A stretch of DNA of 64,000 nucleotides, taken from positions 3,280-67,279 of the forward strand of contig JAFSUN010000004.1 of the NCBI GenBank assembly GCA_017445225.1, in the 5' to 3' direction. This stretch comes from Erysipelotrichaceae bacterium (lineage in GTDB: Bacteria; Bacillota_I; Bacilli_A; Erysipelotrichales; Erysipelotrichaceae). Positions within the stretch are counted from its first letter, which is position 1, and each line of letters starts with the position of its first letter. Below are positions 19,076 through 29,208 of this stretch, one piece after another. The position numbers were made by a program, and so were the translations under genes. Under the pieces are notes generated by a model. It had not been told where the DNA came from. It made no database searches and saw only the letters and a list, made by a program, of their open reading frames with translations.

Positions 19076-19088
19076 AAGTGCATTGATT

Positions 19089-19116
19089 ATTTTACTACAC
19101 TCCCGGATTTTGTCAA
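19089..19116 (-). promoter_or_regulatory. Sigma-A promoter of ssrA
   Basis: On the minus strand: TTGACA (19111-19116), 16-nt spacer, TAAAAT (19089-19094), 13 nt upstream of the mature 5' end. Confidence 0.65.
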
Positions 19117-19118
19117 TA

Positions 19119-19688
19119 TCACTGCTGATGGTCATAGAGGCCCAGTTCCCTGAGCTTGTTGTAGACCAGGTGCAGCGGGAAGCCCATCACCGTGTAGTAA
19201 CTGCCCTTCATGCGGGGAATGAAGACGCTGGCCCAGCCCTGAATGGCATAGCCGCCGGCCTTGTCATAGGGTTCCCGGGTCTGAATGTAGTCCTCGATCT
19301 CCTGATCGTTGAGCTTGCTGAAGGTGACGTAGGCCACATCGTGATCAACATATTCTTCCTGGCCGAGGATGGCGATGGAAGTGATGACCTTATGGGTTTT
19401 GCCCGATAACATCTTCATCATCTTCCGGGCCTCGGAAAGGCTGTGCGGCTTGCCCAGGATGTGATGATTGACAACCACGACCGTATCGGCCGCAATGACC
19501 AGATCGTCCCTGCGGTTCTTCTTGATGGCCATGGCCTTGCGGTAAGCGAGATCTTCGATCTGCTTTTCCAGCGGCAGTTCTTCATTAAGTGTCTCATCGA
19601 TGTTGGGTACGATGACACGGTAGCTCAGATTCAGCTTGTCCATGATCTCTCTTCTTCGTGGGGAAGCTGATGCCAGAATGATTTTCAT
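19119..19688 (-). CDS. maf: Maf-family nucleoside-triphosphate pyrophosphatase (septum formation protein)
   Basis: MKIILASASPRRREIM..., AGGYAIQG. 189 aa. Confidence 0.9.
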   Translation of the reverse strand: MKIILASASPRRREIMDKLNLSYRVIVPNIDETLNEELPLEKQIEDLAYRKAMAIKKNRRDDLVIAADTVVVVNHHILGKPHSLSEARKMMKMLSGKTHKVITSIAILGQEEYVDHDVAYVTFSKLNDQEIEDYIQTREPYDKAGGYAIQGWASVFIPRMKGSYYTVMGFPLHLVYNKLRELGLYDHQQ

Positions 19689-19705
19689 ATGTTGTTTACC
19701 CCTCT

Positions 19706-21679
19706 CTATGCCGACTTGATCTCCAGGATCATGTCTCTGATCTCCGCCGCTCTCTCAAAGTCCAGAATACGGGCGGCTTCTCTCATTTCCTTTTCCAGCC
19801 GCTTGATCAGTTCTTCCTGCTGTGAGGCTGACTGCTTCATCTTGCGGCTCATGTACTTGACCGCCATCTCGTGGGTCTCACGGGAGTGAATGGCTTCCCG
19901 GATCTCCTTGCGGATGGTGGTCGGCACAATGCCGTGTTCCTCGTTGAATTTCTCCTGAATGGCTCTTCGGCGGTTGGTCTCATCGATGGCCTTCTGCATT
20001 GATTCCGTGATCACGTCGCCGTACATGATGATGGTGCCGTTGACGTTACGGGCGGCACGGCCGATGGTCTGGATCAGCGATCTTTCGCTTCTTAAGAAGC
20101 CTTCCTTATCGGCGTCCAGAATGGCGATCAGCGAGACTTCCGGAATGTCCAGGCCTTCCCGCAACAGGTTGATGCCGACCAGAATGTCGTACTTGCCCTT
20201 TCTCAGGTCGCGGATGATCTCGGTCCTCTCCAGGGTCTTGGTCTCATGGTGGAGATAGGCCACCTGATAGGACATCCCCTGCAGATACTTGGTCAGATCT
20301 TCCGCCATCCTGACCGTCAGGGTGGTGATCAGCGTTCTTTCGCCGCGGGCGATCCGCCGGTTTATCTCATTGATCAGATCATCGATCTGGCCCTTGGTCG
20401 GTCTGACTTCGATCCGGGGATCCAGCAGGCCGGTCGGCCGGATGATCTGTTCGGTAACGTGATGATCGACCTTGTCCAGTTCCCAGTCGCCGGGCGTTGC
20501 CGAGACGAAGATGACCTGGTTGATCAGACTTTCAAATTCGTCAAACTTCAGCGGCCGGTTATCCAGGGCACTGGGGAGTCGGAAGCCGTATTCCACCAGG
20601 GTCTCCTTGCGGCTGCGGTCGCCGTTGTACATGCCCCTTACCTGCGGTACCGTGACATGGGATTCGTCGATGATCAGCAGATAATCCTTGGGGAAGTAGT
20701 CAAACAGCGTGAAGGAGCGGGTACCGGGCGCCCGGAATTCCAGCTGGCGGGAATAGTTTTCAATGCCGGCGCAATGCCCGAATTCCCGCAGGGCTTCCAG
20801 GTCATAGGTGCAGCGCTGCTCCAGTCTCTCCCTTTCCAGAGGCTTGTTCTGCTCTTCAAAGTACTTCAGGCGCTCCTTGAGTTCCTGTTCAATGTTATCG
20901 CAGGCCAGTAAGATCTGGGACTTGTCCTTTACATACCCGTTGGCCGGGAAGATGTTGTAGACGGTATAGCCGTTCAGGGTATTCTGGGTGATCGGGTCCA
21001 GTTCCACGATGCGGTCGATCTCATCGTCAAACAGTTCGATCCGCAGGATGTACTGATCGGTGTAGCCCAATACGATGTCGATGACGTCGCCTCTTACCCG
21101 GAAGGTTCCCCTCTTCTGCTCCATGTCATTGCGGCTGTACTGCCTCTCCACCAAAAGTCGTAACAGTTCCTCTCTGGTGATGTGCTGACCGGTCCTGACG
21201 GTGAAGAACATCCCCTTGTACTGTTCCGGGTCACTGGTGGCATAGATGCAGGCTACCGAGGCCACGATGATGGTATCGCGGTGTTCTAAGAGAGCATTGC
21301 AGGCGGCTAAGCGCAGCATGTCCAGCTCATCGTTGATCATGGCGTTCTTTTCAATGTAGGTGTCGGTCTTGGGAATGTAAGCCTCCGGCTGATAGTAATC
21401 GAAGTTGGAGACGAAGTATTCCACATGGTTGTTGGGGAACAGTTCCTTGAATTCGCTGTAAAGCTGCCCGGCCAGGGTCTTGTTGTGGACGAAGACCAGG
21501 GTCGGACGGTTGACCTGTTCAATGACGTTGGCAATGGTAAAGGTCTTGCCGGTTCCCGTGGCACCCAAAAGAACCTGGTAGCGCTCATGGTTCTTGAGCC
21601 CGTTTACCAGGGATTGGATGGCCTCGGGCTGATCGCCCTTGGGCCGGAAAGATGAAACCATTTCAAACTTATCGTTCAT
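19706..21679 (-). CDS. uvrB: Excinuclease ABC subunit B
   Basis: 657 aa with GATGTGKT Walker A, a DESH box, helicase motifs and the C-terminal UVR motif ([22 protein letters not shown]). Confidence 0.95.
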   Translation of the reverse strand: MNDKFEMVSSFRPKGDQPEAIQSLVNGLKNHERYQVLLGATGTGKTFTIANVIEQVNRPTLVFVHNKTLAGQLYSEFKELFPNNHVEYFVSNFDYYQPEAYIPKTDTYIEKNAMINDELDMLRLAACNALLEHRDTIIVASVACIYATSDPEQYKGMFFTVRTGQHITREELLRLLVERQYSRNDMEQKRGTFRVRGDVIDIVLGYTDQYILRIELFDDEIDRIVELDPITQNTLNGYTVYNIFPANGYVKDKSQILLACDNIEQELKERLKYFEEQNKPLERERLEQRCTYDLEALREFGHCAGIENYSRQLEFRAPGTRSFTLFDYFPKDYLLIIDESHVTVPQVRGMYNGDRSRKETLVEYGFRLPSALDNRPLKFDEFESLINQVIFVSATPGDWELDKVDHHVTEQIIRPTGLLDPRIEVRPTKGQIDDLINEINRRIARGERTLITTLTVRMAEDLTKYLQGMSYQVAYLHHETKTLERTEIIRDLRKGKYDILVGINLLREGLDIPEVSLIAILDADKEGFLRSERSLIQTIGRAARNVNGTIIMYGDVITESMQKAIDETNRRRAIQEKFNEEHGIVPTTIRKEIREAIHSRETHEMAVKYMSRKMKQSASQQEELIKRLEKEMREAARILDFERAAEIRDMILEIKSA

Positions 21680-23109
21680 TACTGCTTAGCTAACTCCAGG
21701 GCCTTGTTCATCTGGGTATCATAGGTTGCCTTATCGGTAGCCCACTTGAAGACCAGAACGCTGTCAAGGCGGGTGTAGGTATCCTTATCTAAATTGCCAC
21801 TGACCTTGATTCCGTTGTCCTTCTGGAACTGTTCAATGGCTGTCTGCGTCTTCTGGGAGAAGTAGCCGTCGGTCCGGTCAGTACCATAGCCCAGGAAGTC
21901 GAGGATCAGTTGGGCTTCGGCAACCCGCGGCGAAACGCTGTCAAAGGCGTACACCTCATCGTCATCCAGGGTGACATAACTGAGGTAAAGAGCATCGTGC
22001 AGCTTTACTTCATGGTCGGGATCGATGCCGTTGCCCTGAACGAACTTGCCGCTGTCGCTCTTCCAGATGACATCGGTATACTTCAGAGCGCTGCCGTCAC
22101 CGAAGATCTTGGAGACCTGAGCGACTCCCTTGCCATAGGACTTGGTGCCGACGGTAATGGCCTGGCAGTGTTCGGTAAGAGCCAGGGTAAATACTTCCGA
22201 GCAGGAAGCGGAATTGCCGTTGAGCAGGATCACGATCTTTTCAAAGTCATACTTCTGACTGCCGACGACCTTGTCCAGGATCTCGCGGCCGTCGCGGTAT
22301 TCTTCCCGCATGATGATCTCGCCGTCCTTCATGAAGTAACGGCACATGATGTTCAGGGTGTTGGCATAGCCGCCGCCGTTGTTGCGCAGGTCAATGATGA
22401 TGCGGTTGACGCCGGCCTTATTGATCTTATCGAGATGACGGGCCAGTTCCCCGCCGGTACCGGTACCGAAGGAGGAAATGTTCAGAATGCCGACATTATC
22501 CCTGATCTCGGAGAACACCGTGGACTCGATCTGGACTCTGGTAACGGTCTTTTCAATCACGGTGCCGTTACGGTCGATCTTCAGACGGACGTCGGTGCCG
22601 GCCTGGCCGCGGATCATGGAGGTAATGGTATCGATGTCAACATTCTTACAGAGAGTGTCATCAACCTGAATGATGATGTCGCCGCCCAGTATTCCGGCCT
22701 TCTCGGCCGGTGAGGACTCCAGAACATCGATGACGAAGATATTGCCGTCAAGAGTGGTATAGCGGACGCCGATGCCGACAAAGGTCGATTCCAGGGAACC
22801 GGAAAAATCGGCTACCTCTTGAGGGGTCATGTATTCGGTATGGGGATCGCCCTGGGCATTTACCATGCCCTTGATGGCGGATTCGATGAGCTGGCTGCGG
22901 TATTCCGGCGTGTCCTGGCCGTAGTAAAAGTTCTCGGAAAGGATGTTATAGACCGATTCCAGGGTGGAGAAACCGGTACCCGGCTTGCCGGGATTAAGCG
23001 ATCCGTTGCCGGTGATCAGGGCTACGCCGTAACCCAGTATGAAAGTTATTAATATTACCATTACCGCAAAGGTAATTATCAGGGCATTCTGTTTTCTCTT
23101 CTGACTCAT
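21679..23109 (-). CDS. S41-family C-terminal processing peptidase with PDZ and a C-terminal peptidoglycan-binding domain
   Basis: PDZ segment ([13 protein letters not shown]), RNNGGG, catalytic-Ser region NGNSASCSE and a PG_binding_1-like tail ([28 protein letters not shown]). ATG at 23109 follows GAGGT. Its stop overlaps the uvrB start (TAATG). Confidence 0.85.
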   Translation of the reverse strand: MSQKRKQNALIITFAVMVILITFILGYGVALITGNGSLNPGKPGTGFSTLESVYNILSENFYYGQDTPEYRSQLIESAIKGMVNAQGDPHTEYMTPQEVADFSGSLESTFVGIGVRYTTLDGNIFVIDVLESSPAEKAGILGGDIIIQVDDTLCKNVDIDTITSMIRGQAGTDVRLKIDRNGTVIEKTVTRVQIESTVFSEIRDNVGILNISSFGTGTGGELARHLDKINKAGVNRIIIDLRNNGGGYANTLNIMCRYFMKDGEIIMREEYRDGREILDKVVGSQKYDFEKIVILLNGNSASCSEVFTLALTEHCQAITVGTKSYGKGVAQVSKIFGDGSALKYTDVIWKSDSGKFVQGNGIDPDHEVKLHDALYLSYVTLDDDEVYAFDSVSPRVAEAQLILDFLGYGTDRTDGYFSQKTQTAIEQFQKDNGIKVSGNLDKDTYTRLDSVLVFKWATDKATYDTQMNKALELAKQ

Positions 23110-23199
23110 AAAAGATACCTCAGGAAACATTGTAACACACATGTGGGGTTTTTTCACTTTTTTGACAGTAAAGGGCGTGCCCGGCACGCCCTGTCATCA

Positions 23200-23793
23200 T
23201 TATTCTTCTTTCCTAATTCCGGTTACCAGATACATCCGGTCATCGGATATCACCGCTTCCACAGCCAGTGTCTTATTCATCACGGCCGCCAGTTCTTCCG
23301 CGGCCGGCAGTTCCTTCTTCAGGTTGGAAGCTACATTGCCATGATGACGGTTTACCGCCGCCCGGCTCATGCCGTGGGCGATGGTCAGCCGGCCTTCCGG
23401 TTTCAGAAAGGCCGCCAGGACCGTGATCAGTCCTCCCAGATCGGCAAAGTGGGGAGCGGCATTGTAGACGATGATACTGTCAAAAAGCCGCCCGAAAGCG
23501 AACTGCGTTGCGTCGGCGCAGATCACCCGGACCCGCGGGTCCCTCTGATATTTCCGGTCAGCTATCGCCGCCATCTTCGGTGAGATGTCGATGGCTGTCA
23601 CACTGTTGACTCCTCTTTTCAGATAGTCGCTGATCAGCACCCCGGTTCCGCAGGCCACGTCAAGCACCTCGATTCCGGCCCGGATGCCGGCGTGATCAAG
23701 GATGGAACTGATGACCTCCTCATTGCGGATCATGTGGGCGTCCCAGCTGTCAGCCAGGCTGTCAAAAAAGCTGATAATATCGTCTATGTTCAT
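23200..23793 (-). CDS. Class I SAM-dependent methyltransferase
   Basis: Motif I VLDVACGTGVL. 197 aa. Confidence 0.8.
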   Translation of the reverse strand: MNIDDIISFFDSLADSWDAHMIRNEEVISSILDHAGIRAGIEVLDVACGTGVLISDYLKRGVNSVTAIDISPKMAAIADRKYQRDPRVRVICADATQFAFGRLFDSIIVYNAAPHFADLGGLITVLAAFLKPEGRLTIAHGMSRAAVNRHHGNVASNLKKELPAAEELAAVMNKTLAVEAVISDDRMYLVTGIRKEE

Positions 23794-23870
23794 GTAAGAT
23801 CCCCAGATAACACGTTTTCAGGGTTGAAGAGCTCCATGAGAGTTTCTCCAACCAGTTCATTAATTATTGA

Positions 23871-24986
23871 TTATTCCAGCACCCGGCACTTCTCCAGCAG
23901 TGAAATGATCGGCAGATGCTGCGGGCAGGCCGCTTCACACTGACCGCACTGGATGCAGTCACTGGCCTTGCCTCTGCCCTGGGTAACGATGACGTATTCC
24001 CTTTTAGTCCTGAATTCCGGTGAACCCTTCTTGCGGTTTTCCACCGTGAAGATCTCCGGGATCGGAATGCCCATCGGACAGCCCTTGGTGCAGTAATGGC
24101 AGGCGGTACACGGTATTGACTTATCCTCGTTGATGGCCTGCTGAGCCTTTCTGATCACTTCCTGTTCATGGTCGCTTAAGGGCTGGAAGTCCTTCATGAA
24201 GCTGAGATTGTCCTTCATCTGTTCAACGGAACTCATGCCGCTGAGAACCGCCAGCAGGTTTTCCTTTTCGGCCACGAAGCGCAGGGCCCAGGAAGCATAG
24301 GACAGGCCGTTGTTTTCGGCATCAAAGATCGCCTTGACGGTATCGATCGGATCGGCCAGAATGCCGCCCTTGACCGGTTCCATGACGACGACCGGTTTGC
24401 CGTATTCCCGGCAGATCTCCCAGTTGCGCCGGCTCATGACGCCCGGATTCTCCCAGTCAGCATAGTTGATCTGCAGCTGAACGAATTCGGCATCGGGATG
24501 CCTGGTCAGCAGTTCGATCAGCAGTTCGGGATCGCCATGGAAGGAGAAGCCGTAATGCTTTACCAGTCCCCTTTCCTTCAGTTCCCGGACGTAGTCCCAG
24601 ATCCCGTATTCCTCATACTTTTGCCAGTTGCCGCGCTGAATGGCATGGACCAGATAATAGTCAAAGTAACCGGCATTGGTCCGCTCCAGCGAGATCTCGG
24701 TTTCCCGTCTGGCTTCCTCCCGGGTCAGCTTGGCATCAGGCTGAATGATCAGCTTGCTGGCGAGGGTATAACTGTCACGGGGATAGCGGTCAACCAGAGC
24801 CGCTCTGATGGCCTCTTCCGAGCCCGGATAGGCAAAGGCGGTATCAAAGTAGGTTCCGCCAGCTTCTCTGAACAGGTCGACCATCACCTTGACCTGTTCC
24901 ACATCGATGGTTCCATCAGCCAGCTTGGGCAGCCTCATTAAGCCAAAACCCAGTTTCAGTTTTTCTTTTCCTGTAAATACGCTCAT
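23871..24986 (-). CDS. Aldo/keto reductase fused to a C-terminal 2x[4Fe-4S] ferredoxin-like domain
   Basis: AKR N-terminus (LGFGLMRLP...DTAFAYPGSEE), followed by CTACHYCTKGCP and CIQCGQCEAACP. ATG at 24986 follows AAAGGAAG. Confidence 0.8.
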   Translation of the reverse strand: MSVFTGKEKLKLGFGLMRLPKLADGTIDVEQVKVMVDLFREAGGTYFDTAFAYPGSEEAIRAALVDRYPRDSYTLASKLIIQPDAKLTREEARRETEISLERTNAGYFDYYLVHAIQRGNWQKYEEYGIWDYVRELKERGLVKHYGFSFHGDPELLIELLTRHPDAEFVQLQINYADWENPGVMSRRNWEICREYGKPVVVMEPVKGGILADPIDTVKAIFDAENNGLSYASWALRFVAEKENLLAVLSGMSSVEQMKDNLSFMKDFQPLSDHEQEVIRKAQQAINEDKSIPCTACHYCTKGCPMGIPIPEIFTVENRKKGSPEFRTKREYVIVTQGRGKASDCIQCGQCEAACPQHLPIISLLEKCRVLE

Positions 24987-25107
24987 GTTCTTCCTTTCTA
25001 ACCCCAGCAGTAGTATTATCTCATCATTATCATTATATACTTTCAACCCCTTCTCTTAAACTGTCAGCCGCAAAAAAGCCTTCAGGATGTCCTGAAAGCT
25101 TTGTTCT

Positions 25108-26529
25108 CTAGTACCACTTATGATAGGTCAGGTTATAGATCTCCATCGGGTTTTCGAAGCACGGTGCCGCCCCGCCCCGGTAGTAGCAGGCTCCGGAGAT
25201 CTTCTTGACCGCGCCGAAGTAATAATTGTTCTTGTCCTTGAACTTCCTTACAGCCTGCTTGATGCTCAGATTGGTTCCCATCTTGATGATTCCCAGGTGC
25301 AGGTGAGCGCCGCTGGAGTTGCCGGAAGAGCCGAGTTTGCCGACGACGGTAGATCCCTGAGTAACCAGATCACCGACCTTGACGTTAACGGCGCTTAAGT
25401 GCTGGGCGATTACCTCATAGGTTACCTTGCCGACCTGAACGACATACAGAACGTAGTTGCCGTGGCCGTTTCCGCACTTGGATCCCAGATAGCCGTATGG
25501 ACAGCCGGTATGGACGTCAACGACATAGCCGTTGGCTACGGCATAGACGGATGAACCGTACTTGCCGGCCAGGTCAACAGCCGGATGGAAGCCGCTGTTG
25601 GGATTGTTCGGAGTATAGTAGTAACAGCCGGAGGAAACGTAGTAACTGGTCTTTAACGGCTTGCCCCACTTGCTGGAAGCATAGTAGCCATCCAGGGCCT
25701 TGTCGATCTCTTCCATGGCCTTTGAAAGGGCGGAGACATCACCCAGCTTGGAGTCGATGGACTTCTCCAGCTGGCTCTTCTTGGCCCGGTAGGCGGCCAG
25801 CAGTTCGGTATGCTGGGCCTTCAGGGAGACCAGATTCTTCTTCAGAGTGCTGAGTTCGCTCTTGCGCTGTTCCAGATCATCCTTCTGACTGGCCAGTTCG
25901 CTCTTGTCAGCCTGCAGGAGCTCTCTTTCGTGATTGATCTCACCGATCTTCTTACTGTCATAGTTGGTGAAGGAGTTAAGACCGCTGAAGGTTCTTAACA
26001 TGTCGATGAAGCTGTCAGCTTCCATGATCAGCTGAACGTAGAGGTTCAGGGTCATGTTCTTCTGGTTGGCCATCATCCGGGCCTTGATCTGTTCATTCAG
26101 ATCGCTGATCCGGCCTTCTCTTTCCTCGATCTGGAGGTTAAGGGCGGAGATGTTGGCTTCAACCTTGGTGATCGACTGTTCAACCAGCTTGATGCTCTTT
26201 TCAACGCTGGATACCTGCCCGGCGATCTTGTTTACCTGGGCCAGTTCCGAAGCGATGTTGGCCTTAAGCGTAGCCAGATTGTTCTGATTGCGCTTGATCT
26301 CCGCTTCCAGATCGGACTGTTTCTTTTCCAGATAATCGCGGAAATCCTTGCAGAGGTTCTTCTCGGCATCGGAAAGACCGGATGAGGAACACAGCTGATA
26401 GTAATACTCCTCATTCTTGGAGAAGTCGGTATCAGCCTGGACCATGAGTCTTCTCCGGCTTCTCTCCGGGAAGATCAGACAGCTGAGGCAGAATACCGCT
26501 GCCAGGATGATCTTGATCGTTTTCTTCAT
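25108..26529 (-). CDS. Coiled-coil + M23 peptidoglycan hydrolase (PcsB/EnvC-like partner of FtsEX)
   Basis: Signal peptide, about 250 aa of heptad-rich coiled coil, and a C-terminal M23 domain (HPAVDL..., GAHLHLG). The ATG overlaps the ftsX stop (ATGA). Confidence 0.8.
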   Translation of the reverse strand: MKKTIKIILAAVFCLSCLIFPERSRRRLMVQADTDFSKNEEYYYQLCSSSGLSDAEKNLCKDFRDYLEKKQSDLEAEIKRNQNNLATLKANIASELAQVNKIAGQVSSVEKSIKLVEQSITKVEANISALNLQIEEREGRISDLNEQIKARMMANQKNMTLNLYVQLIMEADSFIDMLRTFSGLNSFTNYDSKKIGEINHERELLQADKSELASQKDDLEQRKSELSTLKKNLVSLKAQHTELLAAYRAKKSQLEKSIDSKLGDVSALSKAMEEIDKALDGYYASSKWGKPLKTSYYVSSGCYYYTPNNPNSGFHPAVDLAGKYGSSVYAVANGYVVDVHTGCPYGYLGSKCGNGHGNYVLYVVQVGKVTYEVIAQHLSAVNVKVGDLVTQGSTVVGKLGSSGNSSGAHLHLGIIKMGTNLSIKQAVRKFKDKNNYYFGAVKKISGACYYRGGAAPCFENPMEIYNLTYHKWY

Positions 26530-27431
26530 CGACGCCACCTCAGATACTTATTGACAGACAGGAAGGATCCGATCAGTCCGACCACAATGCCGATCAGCAC
26601 CAGGAATGCCGATACCTGATAGGCAAAGGGATTGACCGGTAACAGGGACAGGACATTGCTCAGAAGCTTTCCGCCCATTTCCTGATAGACATAACGGTAA
26701 CTTACGATCGTAACAATGACCGGGATGATGGCTCCCATGATGCCGATGAACATGCCCTCAATGACGAAGGGCTGGCGGATATAGCTGTTGGAGGCGCCAA
26801 CCTGACGCATGATGCTGATCTCCTTGTTACGGTTGTAGATGGTGATCTTGATGGTATTGCTGATCATGAAGATGGCCAGGATCGTCAGTGCGGCGATGAT
26901 CAGATAGCCGATGCGCCGGACGCCTGCCAGAATCTTCATGAAGTTTTCGGTGGTAACGCCGCCGAATTCGGAATCCTGCATGCCATGGACCTGCCTGATG
27001 CGGTCATTGATGGCCGTCAGTGAATAGCCGGAGGCTACTCTGATCAGAAAAGCCCGCGGCAGCGGATTGTCTTCGCGGTAGGATTCATAATATTCGCCGT
27101 TTTCTCCCTGGGAAGCGATCCATCTGTCCAGTTCGGCATCCTTATCGGAATACTCAACGGAGATGATGCCTTCAATCTTTTCCAGCTGTCGCTGCAGGGA
27201 CGGGATCTCGTCTTCGTTGACTTCTTCCGCGATCGTCGCATAGATGGCAATGCTCTCCTCGATGTTTCTGGTGATCTGGGAGATGTTGCCGACGATCAGG
27301 GTCAGCAGGCTGACCAGGACCAGCGTAAAGGTAACGGCACTGGCACTGGAGACTGCCATGGCAAAGTGACGGAAGATACCCTGGAAGGCTTCCTTGAAGT
27401 GGCGGCTGATCATTCTAAACATTATGAACAT
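26526..27431 (-). CDS. ftsX: Cell-division ABC transporter permease-like protein FtsX
   Basis: Four TM segments with a large first extracellular loop, immediately downstream of ftsE. The start is ambiguous: ATGs at 27431 and 27422 both overlap the ftsE 3' end. Confidence 0.85.
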   Translation of the reverse strand: MFIMFRMISRHFKEAFQGIFRHFAMAVSSASAVTFTLVLVSLLTLIVGNISQITRNIEESIAIYATIAEEVNEDEIPSLQRQLEKIEGIISVEYSDKDAELDRWIASQGENGEYYESYREDNPLPRAFLIRVASGYSLTAINDRIRQVHGMQDSEFGGVTTENFMKILAGVRRIGYLIIAALTILAIFMISNTIKITIYNRNKEISIMRQVGASNSYIRQPFVIEGMFIGIMGAIIPVIVTIVSYRYVYQEMGGKLLSNVLSLLPVNPFAYQVSAFLVLIGIVVGLIGSFLSVNKYLRWRR

Positions 27432-28101
27432 AGCCTCCTTCTTTTAAATCGGAAACCACATGACCGTATTCGATCTTGATGGTGCGCTTGCGGTATTTCT
27501 CAACCAGGTTGATGTCATGGGTGACCATGATGACGGTAGTTCCGTTGCCGTTGATCTTTTCCAGCAGTTTGATGATCTCATCAGATCTCTCAGGGTCCAG
27601 GTTGCCGGTCGGCTCATCGGCGATCAGGATCCGCGGCTTGTTGGCGATGGCCCTGCCGATGGTAACTCTCTGCTGCTGGCCGCCGGAAAGCTCATCAGGG
27701 AAGCTCTTGGCCTTATCGGCCAGGTCGATGATCTCGAGGACTTCTCTGACTCTCTTGCGGATCTCACGGCGCGGTTTATTGATCACTTCCAAGGCGAAAG
27801 CGATGTTTTCTGATACGGTCTTGCGTTCCAGCAGACGGTAGTCCTGGAAGACAACGCCGATGTTGCGGCGGTACAGGGGAACCTTGGAGAAACGCAGTTT
27901 GCCTACATTGACCCCATTGACCTCTACCAGGCCCTTGGTAGGTATCTCCTCCCCGTCCAGTAGCTTGATGAAGGTACTCTTGCCGGAGCCCGTCTCACCG
28001 ATGATGTAAACGAATTCGCCGTCAAAGATGTCGATGCTGACATCGTTCAGGGCGTTGACTCCGTTCTTGTAAGTCTTATAAACGTTCTGTAAATGAACCA
28101 T
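27415..28101 (-). CDS. ftsE: Cell-division ATP-binding protein FtsE
   Basis: 228 aa with GETGSGKST, LSGGQQQR and ILIADEPTGNLD. Confidence 0.92.
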   Translation of the reverse strand: MVHLQNVYKTYKNGVNALNDVSIDIFDGEFVYIIGETGSGKSTFIKLLDGEEIPTKGLVEVNGVNVGKLRFSKVPLYRRNIGVVFQDYRLLERKTVSENIAFALEVINKPRREIRKRVREVLEIIDLADKAKSFPDELSGGQQQRVTIGRAIANKPRILIADEPTGNLDPERSDEIIKLLEKINGNGTTVIMVTHDINLVEKYRKRTIKIEYGHVVSDLKEGGYVHNV

Positions 28102-28134
28102 TCATTTCCCTCCAAAAAGCAAATGCTATAAATC

Positions 28135-28162
28135 ATTATAGCATTTTTTCAACATATATCAA
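28135..28162 (-). promoter_or_regulatory. Sigma-A promoter of ftsE-ftsX-M23
   Basis: On the minus strand: TTGATA (28157-28162), 16-nt spacer, TGCTATAAT (extended -10; TATAAT at 28135-28140). Confidence 0.6.
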
Positions 28163-28181
28163 ATAATTGACATAAACCGGA

Positions 28182-29030
28182 TCAAACACGGTATTCATAG
28201 GTGAAGCCTTCACCCTTGATCTCCTTGGCATCGGAGACGATAACGAAGGCATAGGGATCGGTCTCTTCGATGTATTTCGACAGCTTCACGTACTGCCCCT
28301 TCTGGACTACCGTCATGATGACTTCCTTGGGATTGCCGGTATAGCCGCCCTTGGCCAGCATGATGGTCGTACCCCTTTCCAGATCCTCGTGAATGTACTT
28401 GTTGATCTGATCCTTCCTGTCGGTAATGATGTACAGCGCGACCGCATTGTCGTTTCGCGGTATCATCATCGCATTGATCGCCTTGCCGGAGAGATAGATG
28501 TAGATGACGCCCATCATCACCTCTTCCATGCCGTAGACGCATAAGCCGGCGATGGCGATCGTCGAGTCGATCAGGATGTTGAGGGTGCCGATCGGGATGT
28601 TGGTATACTTGTGGGCGATCATGATGGGAACATCGGTGCCGCCCGTCGAAGCATTGCAGCGGAAGACCAGACCGAGGCCGATGCCGGCGATCACGCCGCC
28701 GTAGATCACGGCCAGAAACTCATTGATCTCCAGCTTGACCGGGAATTTGCTCAGAAACTCCAGCATGAACGGATAAGTCAGAGAACACAGTGCCGTCTTG
28801 ATGGTGAACTCCCGGCCTAAGACAAAGGCTCCCATCAAGAAGAACAGCAGGACGAAAAAGTCAACAATGTAGTTGGCCGGAACATTGATGAAATTGGAGA
28901 GAATTACCGCGATGCCGGCACAGCCGCCGGACAGAATGTCAAACGGCAGTACGAAGTACTCGACCGAAACGGCCAGCAGGAAATTCCCAAACAGAATGAT
29001 CAGCGTCTCTATAAACTTTGTCCTCTTCAT
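28182..29030 (-). CDS. YitT-family membrane protein (DUF2179 C-terminal domain)
   Basis: 282 aa with 5 TM helices plus a soluble C-terminal domain ending in ..VIVSDAKEIKGEGF, the typical YitT layout. Confidence 0.75.
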   Translation of the reverse strand: MKRTKFIETLIILFGNFLLAVSVEYFVLPFDILSGGCAGIAVILSNFINVPANYIVDFFVLLFFLMGAFVLGREFTIKTALCSLTYPFMLEFLSKFPVKLEINEFLAVIYGGVIAGIGLGLVFRCNASTGGTDVPIMIAHKYTNIPIGTLNILIDSTIAIAGLCVYGMEEVMMGVIYIYLSGKAINAMMIPRNDNAVALYIITDRKDQINKYIHEDLERGTTIMLAKGGYTGNPKEVIMTVVQKGQYVKLSKYIEETDPYAFVIVSDAKEIKGEGFTYEYRV

Positions 29031-29079
29031 TTCTTACCCCATTAAAGGTTCAACCTGTCAGCTGAACCTCATTTTCATT

Positions 29080-29208
29080 TTACCAGGAATCTGAATCCCG
29101 GCTCGTATAGTTTCTTCCGGCACCGTACCCGGCGATCTCCTTGGAGCTGAACTGGGAACAGCCGGCCAGAAGCAACATTGCCATGATGGCAGCCAGTAAC
29201 TTTTTCAT
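29080..29208 (-). CDS. Small predicted lipoprotein (42 aa), absent from the ORF track
   Basis: My own translation is MKKLLAAIMAMLLLAGCSQFSSKEIAGYGAGRNYTSRDSDSW. It has a lipobox LLAGC. The ATG at 29208 directly abuts the TAA (29209-29211) of the DUF2207 gene. Confidence 0.6.
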   Translation of the reverse strand: MKKLLAAIMAMLLLAGCSQFSSKEIAGYGAGRNYTSRDSDSW

